Counted from the stretch's first letter, positions 1-10,248 are shown. The stretch is 64,000 nt of DNA from Alphaproteobacteria bacterium (GCA_964291285.2 OZ219788.1:224001-288000); one strand, 5' to 3'. The notes: generated by a model from the letters alone, not told the origin. Made by a program: numbers and translations.

Positions 1-381
1 GAGCCGTTCGCCCGGCAGGGCCAGCATGGAGCCGAGCAGCGGCGCGATGACCGCCATCGGCAGGCCGGTCGCAAGCCAATGCGCCGCGCATTTGGCGAGC
101 ACGACCGCCACCAGCGGCTCCGGGCGGGCGGCCAGCAGGTCGAGGGAGCCGTCCTCCCGGTCGGGGCGGAACAGCCGCTCCAGCGACAGCAGCGCCGCCA
201 GCAGCGCGATCACCCAGAGGAGACCGGAGCCGACGCCGGCCAGAGTGCCCGGATCGGGTCCCAGTCCGAGCGGGAACAGCACGGCGCCCAGCACGAAGAA
301 CAGCAACGCCAGCCCGCTCTCCCCGCCCTGCCTGCCGGCGAGCGCGAGGTCGCGGCCGAGCAGGGCGACAAAGACCCTCAC
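1..381 (-). CDS. ccmB: Heme exporter protein B (5' part; runs off window)
   Basis: Manual translation from GTG at 381: MRVFVALLGRDLALAGRQGGESGLALLFFVLGAVLFPLGLGPDP...LERLFRPDREDGSLDLL; start overlaps the ccmA stop. Confidence 0.9.
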   Translation of the reverse strand, partial: MRVFVALLGRDLALAGRQGGESGLALLFFVLGAVLFPLGLGPDPGTLAGVGSGLLWVIALLAALLSLERLFRPDREDGSLDLLAARPEPLVAVVLAKCAAHWLATGLPMAVIAPLLGSMLALPGERL

Positions 382-962
382 GGGCCGGCGGCGCCCAACT
401 CGATGCGGTGCGCGGCCTCCGTCCCGAGCGGGACGTGGGTCGCGATGACGGCCGCCCCGCCGCCGGCGAGATGGGCCTCCAGCCCGCGCCCGAACGTCTC
501 CGCCGCGTCCTCGTCGAGGCCGGCGGTCGGCTCGTCCAGCAGCCAGAGCGGGGCGGGTGCCGCGAACAGGCGCGCAAGGCCGAGCCGCCGTCGCTGGCCG
601 GCCGAGAGCAGCCGCGCCGGCAGGTCGGCGAGCGAAGCGAGGCCGACCGCCTCCAGGCCCGCTGCAACGGAGCCGTGCCCCGCGAGCCGCACCCAGAAGG
701 CGAGGTTCTGCGAGGCGGTGAGCGCCGGCTTCACCGCATCGCCGTGCCCGACATAGTGGAAGTCCGCCTCTTCCCGGCCCGCCCATGCCACCGTTCCGGC
801 CGACGGCGGCAGCAGCCCCGCCAGCACGCGCAGCAGGCTGGACTTGCCGGCGCCGTTGGGCCCCGTGACGAGCGCGGCCTCGCCGGGCGCGAGCGCAAAA
901 TCGAGGTTCCGGAACAGTTCGCGCCCGCCGCGCTCGCAGGCGAGGCCGCGCGCCTCCAGCAT
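378..962 (-). CDS. ccmA: Heme ABC exporter ATP-binding protein
   Basis: Walker A GPNGAGKS, LSAGQRRR signature, WLLDEP; adjacent to ccmB. Confidence 0.93.
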   Translation of the reverse strand: MLEARGLACERGGRELFRNLDFALAPGEAALVTGPNGAGKSSLLRVLAGLLPPSAGTVAWAGREEADFHYVGHGDAVKPALTASQNLAFWVRLAGHGSVAAGLEAVGLASLADLPARLLSAGQRRRLGLARLFAAPAPLWLLDEPTAGLDEDAAETFGRGLEAHLAGGGAAVIATHVPLGTEAAHRIELGAAGP

Positions 963-2524
963 CAGCCGCCGAGCGCCACCGCCGCCGTCGGCGACTGCAC
1001 ATGGGCGGCCGCCGCATTTCCCCGCATGACGATCTGCGGGTTGGCGAACAGCTTCTGGCCGACGGCGCTTTCGGTCACCTCGGTCGGGAACCGGCCGGCG
1101 AGCGCGGCGCGTATTTCGGGCGCCAGCTCGCGGTCCATCGTCACCCTGCCCTCGCCGCTCGCGTCGATCCGCGGCCGGTGGACCGCATCGTCCAGGTCGA
1201 GGCCGAAATCCAGCAGCATGGAGGTCAGCTGGAAGACCGCCGGCGCGATCCGCCGCCCGCCCGACGCGCCGAGCGCGAAACGGCCCGCCCCGTCCGCGTC
1301 CGTCACCACCACCGGCGCCATGTTGTTGAGCGGCTTCACTCCGCCCTTGAGCGAGTTGGGACGGCCGGGGCGCGGGTCGAACCAGTAAACGCCGTTGTTC
1401 ATCAATATGCCGGTGCCGGGCAGCATGAAGCGCGACCCGAACCGCTCCAGCAGCGTGTTGGTGAGCGACACCATGTTGCCGGCAGCGTCGACGACCGAGA
1501 GATGGGTGGTGCAGCCGCGCCCGCTCGCGTCGCCGTCATGGCCCATGTTCGCGAGGCGGTATTCGTAGGCCTCCGTCAGCGCCTCCGCCCAGGCGATATA
1601 GGCGGCCGCGTCGAGGCCGGCGGCGCGGTCGAGCCGGGCGTCGAGATTGCCGAGCGCCCGCGCGAAGGTCGGCCCGGCGTTCAGGCCCGGCATCAGCCGC
1701 ACCACCCCGTCATGGTGCGGCACGGCGAGCGGCTCGACCTCAAAGGCTTCGTAGGCGCCGAGGTCGTCGAGCGACAGCGGCCCGCCGGACGCCGCCATGT
1801 CGGCCGCGATCCGCCGGGCGGTCTCGCCCTCGTAGAAGTCGCGCGGGCCGGCTTCGGCGAGGCGGCGCAAGGTCTCCGGCAGGCGTCCGAGCGGACGGCG
1901 GAGCGGCGCATGGGGCGTTTGCGAGACCAGCGGCGCGCCGCCCGGCAGATAGGTCTCGCGCGCCTCCGGGTAGCGCCCGAGGCCGGCGCTCATGCCGAAG
2001 GCGATCTGGAGCGTGGCGTACCAGCTGGCGGCAAGGCCGCGCTCGGCCGTCTCGATGGCGGGCGCGAGCGCATCGGCCCAGGCGAGCGTGCCGTAGCGCT
2101 CCAGCGCCATCGCGAAGCCTGCAACGGCGCCCGGCACCGCCACCGCCTCGGGCCCGATCATGTTGCGGTCGCCCGCGACGCGCGGCCAGACGAACAGCGC
2201 GTCCTCCGGTCCCTCCTCGCCGCTGAGCGCATAGCGGGCCGGATCGAGCGATGCCGGTGCGGTCATGGAATAGTCGATGCCGACCGTGCGCCGCTCGTCG
2301 GCCAGATGGACCAGCATGACGCCGCCGCCGCCGATGCCGCTCATCCAGGGCTCGGTCGTGGCCAGGCAGAGTGCAGTCACCACGGCCGCGTCCACGGCAT
2401 TGCCCCCGGCCTTGAGCACCGCCGCGCCCTGCTCCGCCGCCTCGGCCTCCTGCGCGGCCACGAGCCCGTGCCGGGAGCGCACCGCCGGCTTGCGCAGGCT
2501 CCAGTGTTCGGCGCGGAAGGTCAT
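962..2524 (-). CDS. ggt: Gamma-glutamyltransferase
   Basis: GGNAVDAAV, SGIGGGG, TTHLSVVD (catalytic Thr), GASGG; start reset to MTFRAEHW. Confidence 0.92.
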   Translation of the reverse strand: MTFRAEHWSLRKPAVRSRHGLVAAQEAEAAEQGAAVLKAGGNAVDAAVVTALCLATTEPWMSGIGGGGVMLVHLADERRTVGIDYSMTAPASLDPARYALSGEEGPEDALFVWPRVAGDRNMIGPEAVAVPGAVAGFAMALERYGTLAWADALAPAIETAERGLAASWYATLQIAFGMSAGLGRYPEARETYLPGGAPLVSQTPHAPLRRPLGRLPETLRRLAEAGPRDFYEGETARRIAADMAASGGPLSLDDLGAYEAFEVEPLAVPHHDGVVRLMPGLNAGPTFARALGNLDARLDRAAGLDAAAYIAWAEALTEAYEYRLANMGHDGDASGRGCTTHLSVVDAAGNMVSLTNTLLERFGSRFMLPGTGILMNNGVYWFDPRPGRPNSLKGGVKPLNNMAPVVVTDADGAGRFALGASGGRRIAPAVFQLTSMLLDFGLDLDDAVHRPRIDASGEGRVTMDRELAPEIRAALAGRFPTEVTESAVGQKLFANPQIVMRGNAAAAHVQSPTAAVALGG

Positions 2525-3165
2525 CGTTCCCGTGCTCCAAACGAAGACTCGAGTGCCCGCTTGAGCCTGTCCTTCGCAGGAAGGGCACGCTGGACAACCC
2601 GATGAAGGTCCGCGAACCCGCAATCCGGCGCAAGAGAACGGACCGAGGACAGCGCAATGGTCTTCTGGCCGGGCGGTAGGTCCGGTTCGGCCACCACATG
2701 AAAACGCCATTGCCCGGCGTTGCGGTGGTCCGCAACACCATGTTCCCGTTCGCCGTGCCAAGCGAACACATACACATCCGCTGCGCGCATCGGCTTCGGA
2801 AACTCGATCCAACGGCTTCCGTCCCGAGTCCAGTAGCCGGTGCGAGGCGCGATATCGAAGGCAGGGTAGCGGCGCCGGACCGGCCCATCTCCGTCCCACG
2901 ACTGCCGCGCCGCAGACTGCTTGACTTCGAGCCGGGCGCCGGACAGTTCCTGCTCGCAGTCCCAGGGAGCCCAGCCCCAACCCAGGGACCATGTCAGTCG
3001 CCAGTCGGGCGCGAGCGCCTCCCCGACCAGATATTCCGCGTAATCGCCCCGATACAGATTGTCCATTATCCTACAGTCGAAGCGGCGGCTGAGCTTCTCC
3101 ACGATACGGCGATGCGTGTCCGGGCCGGCGTTTACTTCCGCCCCTCTTTCCGGAAGCGGCCTCAT
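2521..3165 (-). CDS. Hypothetical protein, PD-(D/E)xK nuclease-like
   Basis: RGDYAE...WDC...LEVKQSAARQSW pattern; ATGA overlaps with both neighbours. Confidence 0.6.
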   Translation of the reverse strand: MRPLPERGAEVNAGPDTHRRIVEKLSRRFDCRIMDNLYRGDYAEYLVGEALAPDWRLTWSLGWGWAPWDCEQELSGARLEVKQSAARQSWDGDGPVRRRYPAFDIAPRTGYWTRDGSRWIEFPKPMRAADVYVFAWHGEREHGVADHRNAGQWRFHVVAEPDLPPGQKTIALSSVRSLAPDCGFADLHRVVQRALPAKDRLKRALESSFGARER

Positions 3166-4028
3166 GCCGGCAGGATCGGGCCGCCGGTGACGGTGGTGCG
3201 CAGGAAGCGGCGCAGCTCGTTCCGGGGATAGTCGAGCCGCCCGCAATGCATGACGCCGCCGCGGTTGTCCCACATCAGCGTGTCGCCGACGGACCACTCG
3301 TGCTCCCAGTGGAACTCCGGCCGGTCGAGCATGTCGTAGAGCCCGTCCAGCAGCCGGTCGCTCTCTTCCTGTTCCATGCCGACGACGCCGACGGTCAGGA
3401 GCGGATTGGCGTAGATCGCCGCCCTGCCGGTCGCCGCATGGGCGTTGACGACCGGATGCACGGCGCGCTGCTCCTTGTCCAGCGTGCGCGCCGCCACCAC
3501 CAGGCTCCTGTTGCGCTGGTCCGTGCCGTAGACGAACAGCGCGTCGAGGCCGCGGACGCGCTCCCGCACCGCTTCCGGCAGGGCTTCGTAGGCGGCGGCG
3601 GCGTTGGCGAAGCAGGTATTGCCGCCGGAGGAGGGAATGTCCGTCGCGTGCAGCAGGGTCGCCTTGGCGGGTTTCGGGTCGTAGGAGAGGTCCGAGTGCC
3701 AGCCGTAGCGCACGTCCTCGATGGCGCCGCGCCGCGCGCCCGTCTCGTCGAAGCTGCCGTCGGCGTGCTGGTTGGTCATTACCACCACTTCCGGCGCCTC
3801 CGGGTGGCGGTAGGCGCGCTGCACATGCGGCTGCAAGGCTCCGAAATGGCGGGAAAAGGCCGTGAGTTCCGGCGGCGTCATCGGCGCCTCGCGGAACAGC
3901 AGCACGCCGTATTCCCCGAACGCCGCCTCAAGCTCCGCGACCGTCCCGGCATCGAGCGGCCGGCGCGGGTCCACGCCGGTCACTTCGGCCCCGATGGCGG
4001 GCGACAGCGGCTCGATCCGCACGCTCAT
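3162..4028 (-). CDS. TauD/TfdA family Fe(II)/2-oxoglutarate dioxygenase
   Basis: WHSD (HxD), GGNTCF, WDNR...H. Confidence 0.92.
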   Translation of the reverse strand: MSVRIEPLSPAIGAEVTGVDPRRPLDAGTVAELEAAFGEYGVLLFREAPMTPPELTAFSRHFGALQPHVQRAYRHPEAPEVVVMTNQHADGSFDETGARRGAIEDVRYGWHSDLSYDPKPAKATLLHATDIPSSGGNTCFANAAAAYEALPEAVRERVRGLDALFVYGTDQRNRSLVVAARTLDKEQRAVHPVVNAHAATGRAAIYANPLLTVGVVGMEQEESDRLLDGLYDMLDRPEFHWEHEWSVGDTLMWDNRGGVMHCGRLDYPRNELRRFLRTTVTGGPILPA

Positions 4029-4873
4029 ACCGGCTTCGCCCCCTTCAGCAGGATGCGCTGGTGCCGGCGTTCCTCGCCCACGGGGAAGTCCGTGTTCACC
4101 GAATGCACAAGGCAGCGATTGTCCCAGAGCAGGATGTCGCCGAGCCGCCAGCTATGGTCGTAGCGGAAGCGGTCGGCGGTCATGTGCGCATAGAGGCCGT
4201 CGAGCAGCGCATCGCTCTCCGCCCGTTCCAGCCCGACCACGCGGTCGGTGCGGTTGGGGTTGAAGTAGATGGCCTTCCGGCCGGTGTCCTCATGGGTGCG
4301 CACAAGCGGATGGAGAACGTCGGGCGTCTCGGCGGCCTCCTCGGCCGTGCGCTTTTCGGCCCGGCCCGGCGCGCGCGGCGTGTCGTAGCCGTGGACCGCC
4401 TGCGCGCCGTCGATCCGCGCCTTCACCTCGTCATCCAGCACCTCCCAGGCCCGGCGGGTGTTGCAGAAGCGGGTCTCGCCGCCGGAAGACGGCAACGCCA
4501 GCGACTGGAGCATGGTCGCCTTGGCCGGCGCGGCGAAATAGCTGTCGTCCGTATGCCAGCCGGAGAGGCGCACCAGCGTCAGGTCGTCCGGTTTGTCCTC
4601 GGGGCGCTTGTATGTGCTCTCCAGCACAGAGACCTCGGGCACCTCGCCGTGGCGGCGATGACGGAGAAGCTGCAATTGCGGCTCGCCGAAGAGGCGCGCG
4701 ACCCTCAGAAAGTCCGCCGGGGAAAGCGGCTCGGAACGGAAGCAGAGCAGGTGGCGGTCGAGGAAGGCCTCGCGCACCGCCGCCGCGTCGCCCTCATCGA
4801 GCGGCTTCGTCAGGTCGAGGCCGGCGACCTCCGCGCCCAGCGCGTCGTTCAGGGGCCTGATCTCCAGTGTCAC
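4025..4873 (-). CDS. TauD/TfdA family Fe(II)/2-oxoglutarate dioxygenase
   Basis: WHTD, GGETRF, HPLVRTH, WDNRCLVH. Confidence 0.92.
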   Translation of the reverse strand: MTLEIRPLNDALGAEVAGLDLTKPLDEGDAAAVREAFLDRHLLCFRSEPLSPADFLRVARLFGEPQLQLLRHRRHGEVPEVSVLESTYKRPEDKPDDLTLVRLSGWHTDDSYFAAPAKATMLQSLALPSSGGETRFCNTRRAWEVLDDEVKARIDGAQAVHGYDTPRAPGRAEKRTAEEAAETPDVLHPLVRTHEDTGRKAIYFNPNRTDRVVGLERAESDALLDGLYAHMTADRFRYDHSWRLGDILLWDNRCLVHSVNTDFPVGEERRHQRILLKGAKPV

Positions 4874-4891
4874 GGAACCGGTCTCCTTCCG

Positions 4892-5374
4892 TCAGTCCGC
4901 GGCGTCCGCCGTGTGCGGCTCTTTCAGGCGCAGCAGGAAACGCATCCGGCCTTCCAGCACCAGCTCTTCGCGCTGGTTCCACACCCGGCTTGCGAGCGTC
5001 ATCACGCCCGTGGTGCGCTGCGGCTCCAGCGCCACGATCTCCAGCTCGGGATAGAGCGTATCGCCCGAGAAGACGGGCTTCAGGAAGCGGCTCGACTGCT
5101 CCAGGAAGCCGATCAGCGCATCCTCCATCTCCGCCGCCAGCCCGGTCGCGCCGGGCGCCGTCTGGATCAGCGTCTGGAAGCCGTGCGCCATCAGGCCCGG
5201 CCAGCCGCGCGAGCGGCAATGCTCGATGTCGTAATGCACCGGCGCATTGTCGCCGCTGGCAAGCTGGAAGGCATAGAACAGCGACTCGGAATGGGTGCGC
5301 GAGGGCGCATGGAAGGTCTCTCCGACCCGGAAATCCTCGAAGCCGCGCTGCGGCGCCGGGGCGCGCGGGGACAT
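4892..5374 (-). CDS. MaoC family (hotdog-fold) dehydratase
   Basis: FEDFRVGE, SGDNAPVHYD, AHG, FLKPVFSGDTL. Confidence 0.88.
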   Translation of the reverse strand: MSPRAPAPQRGFEDFRVGETFHAPSRTHSESLFYAFQLASGDNAPVHYDIEHCRSRGWPGLMAHGFQTLIQTAPGATGLAAEMEDALIGFLEQSSRFLKPVFSGDTLYPELEIVALEPQRTTGVMTLASRVWNQREELVLEGRMRFLLRLKEPHTADAAD

Positions 5375-5472
5375 GGGCGTGTCGCCTCCTCTATCTGCTC
5401 CCGCCCATGCTGCCACGACGCGGTAACCGGCGGAAGGGGCGGCTGTTTCCCGCCATTTCTACTACCGTGCTA

Positions 5473-6250
5473 GGCCCTGTGGACGTATTGACTCAGGAGC
5501 GTGTTCAGGGATTCCCGTGCGAGGATTTGTCTGAATCATGAGGCGTCGGCGATTCGGGGGTTTCTTTGATGTCGACGAAGATGACGAATGGAGACTGGGA
5601 GGTTGCGCTGGAGGTTTTCCGGCTTTGCCTTCCGAGGCGGGGTGCGAAGGCGAAGGACGACCGTCTGTTTCTGGAGGCGCTGCACTTCTTTGCGGTTCAC
5701 AACATCACCTGGCGGGCGCTGCCGGAGCGGTTCGGGCACTGGAATACGGTATGGCGGCGTTTTCACCGTCTGAGCCGTTCAGGGGTGTTCGAGGACTTTT
5801 TCGCCACGCTGGCGGATTTGAGCAGCACGGCGCACCTGGTTCAGATGTTCGATTCGACCGTGACCCGCGCGCATGTATCGGCGGCCGGCGCAAAAGGGGG
5901 CAGCAGGGTCAGGCGCTTGGACGCTCGCGGGGCGGTTTCAGCACCAAGATCCACCTGAAGACCGATTTCGACGGCCTGCCGATCGCCTTCGACCTGACCG
6001 GCGGCGAGGCTGCCGACAGTCCGCATTTCGAGACCCTGATGGACATCGGCCCCGATGTCCGGCCCCGCGCCATCGTCGCCGACAAGGGCTATGACAGCGC
6101 CGGAAACCGCCAACTCGCCCGGAAAAGAGGCGCCCTGACCGTCATTCCCTACCGGAAGAACATCAAAAACAGGCCAAAGCGCTTCGCAAGCGCGCTCTAC
6201 AGAGGACGGGCGCGCATCGAACAGGCCGTCGGCAAGCTCAAACGTTTCAG
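5473..6250 (+). mobile_element. IS5-family element (two-ORF frameshift type), 3'-truncated
   Basis: ORF1 WRALPERFGHWNTVWRRF; AAAAGGGGG slippery site near 5891; ORF2 GRSRGGFSTKIH, ADKGYDS, RARIEQAVGKLKRF, then similarity ends abruptly. Confidence 0.85.
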
Positions 6251-6422
6251 TATTCCACCGTACGCCTGTCTGTTCGTGGCAACTGATGTCAAAGGAAATC
6301 GTTGTGTATCAATGAAGTATTGGTTTTCCCGGTGGACAAGGCGCGCCAGGACTACGCCCCGGTTGACTTTCATGTGTTGACCTGTATGGTGATATTCAGG
6401 GCTGTTTCGAAGGAATATCACT

Positions 6423-7691
6423 ATGTCAACACAGACCGGCAAGCGCACTGCAAACCTCAAGCTCACCCTCAACAAGCGAAACGTCGAAGCCCTCAAGCCC
6501 CGGCACAAACCCTTCATCGCATGGGACGACCGCCTCACCGGATTCGGTATCCGCGTCCAGCCCTCGGGCATGCGCTCCTACATCGTCAACTACCGCGCCG
6601 GCGACGGCGGGCGCAAGGCCGCCAACCGGCGCCTCGTCCTCGGCCGCCACGGCCGCATCACCCCCGAACAGGCCAGGCGCCTCGCCCGGGAGACGCTGGG
6701 CCGCGTCGCCGCCGGCGAGGACCCCGCCGCCGGGCGCACCCGCGCCCGCGCCATGCCGACGGTGCGGGACGCCTTCGAGGACTATCTCGCCGCCGGGCCG
6801 GCGCGCAAGGACAGTACCGTTGCGGTATACCGCAGCACCGTCCACAAGGACCTCGGTGACTGGCTCGACCGCCCTCTCGACACCATCGGGCGCCGCGATG
6901 TCGAGCAGCGCTTCCGGCGCCTGAGCGAGAATGCCGGGTGGGTGCAGGCCAACAATGCGATGAAGATGCTGCGCGCCCTCTACCGCCGCCAGTGCCTCGA
7001 CCATGAGGGGCTGCACAATCCGGTGGACCAGTGGCGCGTCGCGGGCGGGCGGCCCCATCGCCCGAAACGGCGCATCATCCAGCCGCCGGCCGAGGTGCTG
7101 CCGCGCTGGCACCGCGGCATCGAGGCGGCGGTGCGTAACCCGGTCGCCCGCGACGCCTTGCACTTCGGCCTCTATACCGGCATGCGCCGGGCCGAAGTAT
7201 TCGGCCTCGCATGGGCGCGGGTGGACAGGGCGGCGATGGTGTTCCGGGTCGAGGACACCAAGACCGGCGCGCCGTTGGCGCTTCCCGTCACCCGGCAGCT
7301 CGCGGCCATTCTCGAACGCCGCCTGGCCGAACGCGACCGTGTCCCCGAGGCGAACCGGGGCTGGGTGTTCCCGTCCGAAACCAGCAGGTCCGGGCGTCTC
7401 ACCGGCATGCAGCACATGAATGCGCGCATCGGCGAGGCGGGCGGCGCGAAATTCTGGTTCCATGCCCTGCGCAACTGCTTCATCACCGTCGCCGACCGCG
7501 ACCTGATGTTGCCGGCCAGCCTGACCAAGCGGCTGGTCAACCACGCCCGGCCCCGGGACGTGACCGAGGGCTATGCCGCCGACTGGACCATGGAGCAACT
7601 CCGCGACGCCGCCCAGCGCATCTCTGACAGGATCGACGCATTGATCCGCGAAGGCATTCCCGCGCCACCGGCCTTGCCGCCGACAGCATGA
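6423..7691 (+). CDS. Tyrosine recombinase/integrase with N-terminal arm-binding domain
   Basis: WDDRLTGFGIRV, TGMRRAE (R), FHALRN (HxxR), VNH, GY. Confidence 0.9.
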   Translation: MSTQTGKRTANLKLTLNKRNVEALKPRHKPFIAWDDRLTGFGIRVQPSGMRSYIVNYRAGDGGRKAANRRLVLGRHGRITPEQARRLARETLGRVAAGEDPAAGRTRARAMPTVRDAFEDYLAAGPARKDSTVAVYRSTVHKDLGDWLDRPLDTIGRRDVEQRFRRLSENAGWVQANNAMKMLRALYRRQCLDHEGLHNPVDQWRVAGGRPHRPKRRIIQPPAEVLPRWHRGIEAAVRNPVARDALHFGLYTGMRRAEVFGLAWARVDRAAMVFRVEDTKTGAPLALPVTRQLAAILERRLAERDRVPEANRGWVFPSETSRSGRLTGMQHMNARIGEAGGAKFWFHALRNCFITVADRDLMLPASLTKRLVNHARPRDVTEGYAADWTMEQLRDAAQRISDRIDALIREGIPAPPALPPTA

Positions 7692-7698
7692 CGCGTGG

Positions 7699-8024
7699 AC
7701 CTTTCCCGGGCCCTCGACATGGGTGCGGGTGGTGATGCGCTTGCCGTGCTTCTCGATGGTGGCCTCTTGCAGGAGGTCGAGGTCGCGGATCAGGTCGTGC
7801 CATTCGATGCTGACGCCGGCGGCGGCGCATCGGTCGGCCAGTTCCTTCTGGAGGACCAGCGCGAGGAAGGAGCAGAAGACGTGGCCGCGGATCGCGGCGT
7901 CGCAGGAGTGGTAGATCGGTCGGGTGCGCAACTGGGCCTTCGCCCGGCGGAACAGGTCTTCCACCGTGAGCAGCTCCCGGTAGCGGAGCACGGCGTTGAG
8001 CGGCGTCATGCCGGCGTTGGTGCG
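7699..8024 (-). pseudogene. Internal fragment of IS1634 transposase
   Basis: Nearly identical to the 3' part of the copy at 51406-53310 (YRELLTVEDLFRRAKAQLRTRPIYH); no element ends. Confidence 0.85.
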
Positions 8025-8141
8025 CCGGCCTATCTGGGGATATACCGGTGCGAGCCTCGCAAGGCGACGATGTAGAGGTCCATCGGGTCGCGGGTGCGGG
8101 AGACCGGGCGGCGGATGGCGTCGTGGCCGTGAGCCTCCCGC

Positions 8142-8554
8142 TCACCGGCGGCCTTGTCCGGTGCCGGCCAGCACGCCGTCGACCCGGGCGCGCGAGAGGC
8201 GGAACCGGCCCGAAGCTGTCCCCGTAGACAGCGCGTCGCGTCGACCCGGGCGCGCGAGACGCGGAACTCCCGCGCGATCGCCGCCGGCCTGAGGCCGGCC
8301 TCGAAGGCGGCGAGGATCGGCTTTTCCTGCCCCTGCGTCACCGGCCTGGCGCGCGCCCTTCCTCCGGATGTCTTGCCGGCCTGCCGCCCGCGCCTGCGGG
8401 CCTCGGCTGTCGCCGCTTCGACCGGCCGGTCGAGGTCCGCGTCGTCGAGATGGCGGAGCAAACGGTCGAGGCTCCCGCCGCGCTTTCCCGTCCCGCCACC
8501 CGGGCGCGCCGTCCTTCCTGCGCGTTGCCCCGTTTTCGTGGTCCTTCCTGTCAC
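8142..8554 (-). pseudogene. Small HTH-containing protein disrupted by an internal duplication
   Basis: AAFEAGLRPAAIAREFRVSRARVD helix-turn-helix; the SRARVD-coding segment occurs twice (about 8175 and 8238) in different frames. Confidence 0.45.
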
Positions 8555-8805
8555 CTACAACCGGTGAGCGCATCGCGTGTGCGCTGGTCGATTGCAGCCC
8601 GAACGTGCCGGTGTGGCCATGGCCAGGGTGCTCTCCAGCTACCGGTCACCCGTGCCGCCGGCCCGCCGCCCGCCGTCGGGAACGCCGCCTCCCCCGCTCC
8701 GCGCCGGCAGGAGGGAAGGTCTGGCCGTGAGCGGGGCGGCGGTCGGCGCTTCGGAGAGCGGGGCGCTGCCGCCGGGTTCCACCACGGCACGATGGAGACG
8801 GCAGC

Positions 8806-9138
8806 ATGACGGCAGCAACGATGGCGATGCCCGGCAATACGGCGAGCACGTTCCTGGTCCACTATTTCGGCGGCGGCCTCGACGGCGACGACCGCTTCGT
8901 GGTCGAGCGGTTCCGCGCCCTGGCCTGCGGCGACATTCGTCCGGTCCGGGACGGCGAGGAGAACGCGAAGGGGCGGCGCAAGGTCAGGCGCACCGTGGTC
9001 TCGCGCAAGGAAGCCGAGGCGATGCGCCCGGAGCGCACCGAGATCATCATCTGCACCGGCCTTCGCACCCGCGGCGGGAAACAGGCCTGGGGTTCGGTTG
9101 CGGCGGGCCTCCTGTGCGACCGCAAGCAGCGCGGCTGA
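8806..9138 (+). CDS. Hypothetical leading-region protein (paralog of 32581-32907)
   Basis: Shared HxxGGGLxxDDRxVVER...KGRRK...MRP...EIII..G.R...DR.QRG with the second copy. Confidence 0.7.
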   Translation: MTAATMAMPGNTASTFLVHYFGGGLDGDDRFVVERFRALACGDIRPVRDGEENAKGRRKVRRTVVSRKEAEAMRPERTEIIICTGLRTRGGKQAWGSVAAGLLCDRKQRG

Positions 9139-9225
9139 GCGCTTTCCCGAGGGATGTCCGGCCGGCCCACCCGGGTCGGCCGGGCGTCCCTCTTCCGTTT
9201 TCCCCACGGCAAGGAGAACGCTCCC

Positions 9226-10248
9226 ATGTGCGAGCAGCAGGACATCGGGGCGCGGCGCGCGCGGAACCTGGAGCGCTGGCGTCGTCGGGTTGCCGACCGG
9301 CGCGCGCGCGGCAAGTGCATCGGGTGCGGCAAGCGCAAACCCGAGCCCGCGCGGACCCTGTGCGCGTCCTGCGGCGAGAAGCGGAACCGGGCGAGCCGGG
9401 CCAGGGACGCAAGGCTGCGCACCGCCGGCCTCCCCCGGAGAGACCCCGACAAGGCCCGCGCCCAGGAGCGCGACCGGTCCCGCCGCGAGGCTGAAATGCG
9501 CCGCGACGCCGGGCTCTGCATCCGGTGCGGCAAGCAGCCGGCCGCCGATGGCCGTGCGTCCTGCGAGCCGTGCCTGGAGAAGCGCCGGGCAGCCGACCGC
9601 GCGAAATACGCCGCCGGGAAAGCCGCCGGCCTCAAGTATGGCGGGGCCGATGCCGAAGCCAAAAGGCGCGCCGCCCGGGCGAAGAGCAAGCGCCGCCAGA
9701 AAGCCCGGATCAAGACGGGACTCTGTATCCGCTGCGGCAGGCAGCCCCCTGCCGGGGGCGGAACCACCTGCCAGCCCTGCCGGGACAGGAGGCAGGCGGC
9801 GGAACGGCGGCAATACCGGGACCGGCGCCGGGCCGGGCTCTGCACCCGGTGCGGCGCCGCCGTCCATGACGGTCTGTCGCGCTGCGCTGCGTGTGCCGCC
9901 ATCGAGGAGGCCAGCCACGACCCGGAGCGCAAGAACGCGCGCTCGCGGCAGTTGTACGCCCGACGCCGGGCCGCCGGCCTGTGCACGGCCTGCGGGGCGC
10001 CGTCACAGGGGGCGGCGCGCTGTGCGCCCTGTGCCGAGAGGTCGTATCACGGCTCGGCGCATTTCAGGGGCATCCCGGTCCACGAGCCGGTCTGGACCGT
10101 GATCGAACTGGGGACCGGCCGCGAGCACGGTCCGTTCGACGATCCGGCCGATGTCGCCCTCTGCCTCGCCTTCGGGAAGCTCGACCGCAACCGCGTCGAG
10201 ATCGTCGCCGACGCCCCCGTCACCGCCTCCTTCACCGCCTGGACCTGA
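9226..10248 (+). CDS. Basic protein with five C4 zinc-finger-like repeats
   Basis: Five GxCxxC-x9-11-CxxC units separated by Arg-rich linkers; AAGGAG RBS; paralog at 32994. Confidence 0.8.
   Translation: MCEQQDIGARRARNLERWRRRVADRRARGKCIGCGKRKPEPARTLCASCGEKRNRASRARDARLRTAGLPRRDPDKARAQERDRSRREAEMRRDAGLCIRCGKQPAADGRASCEPCLEKRRAADRAKYAAGKAAGLKYGGADAEAKRRAARAKSKRRQKARIKTGLCIRCGRQPPAGGGTTCQPCRDRRQAAERRQYRDRRRAGLCTRCGAAVHDGLSRCAACAAIEEASHDPERKNARSRQLYARRRAAGLCTACGAPSQGAARCAPCAERSYHGSAHFRGIPVHEPVWTVIELGTGREHGPFDDPADVALCLAFGKLDRNRVEIVADAPVTASFTAWT

Noticed and set aside
8025-8135. HD...MDLYIV...H on the minus strand resembling an integrase C-terminus
   Set aside because: Too short and degenerate to support by eye
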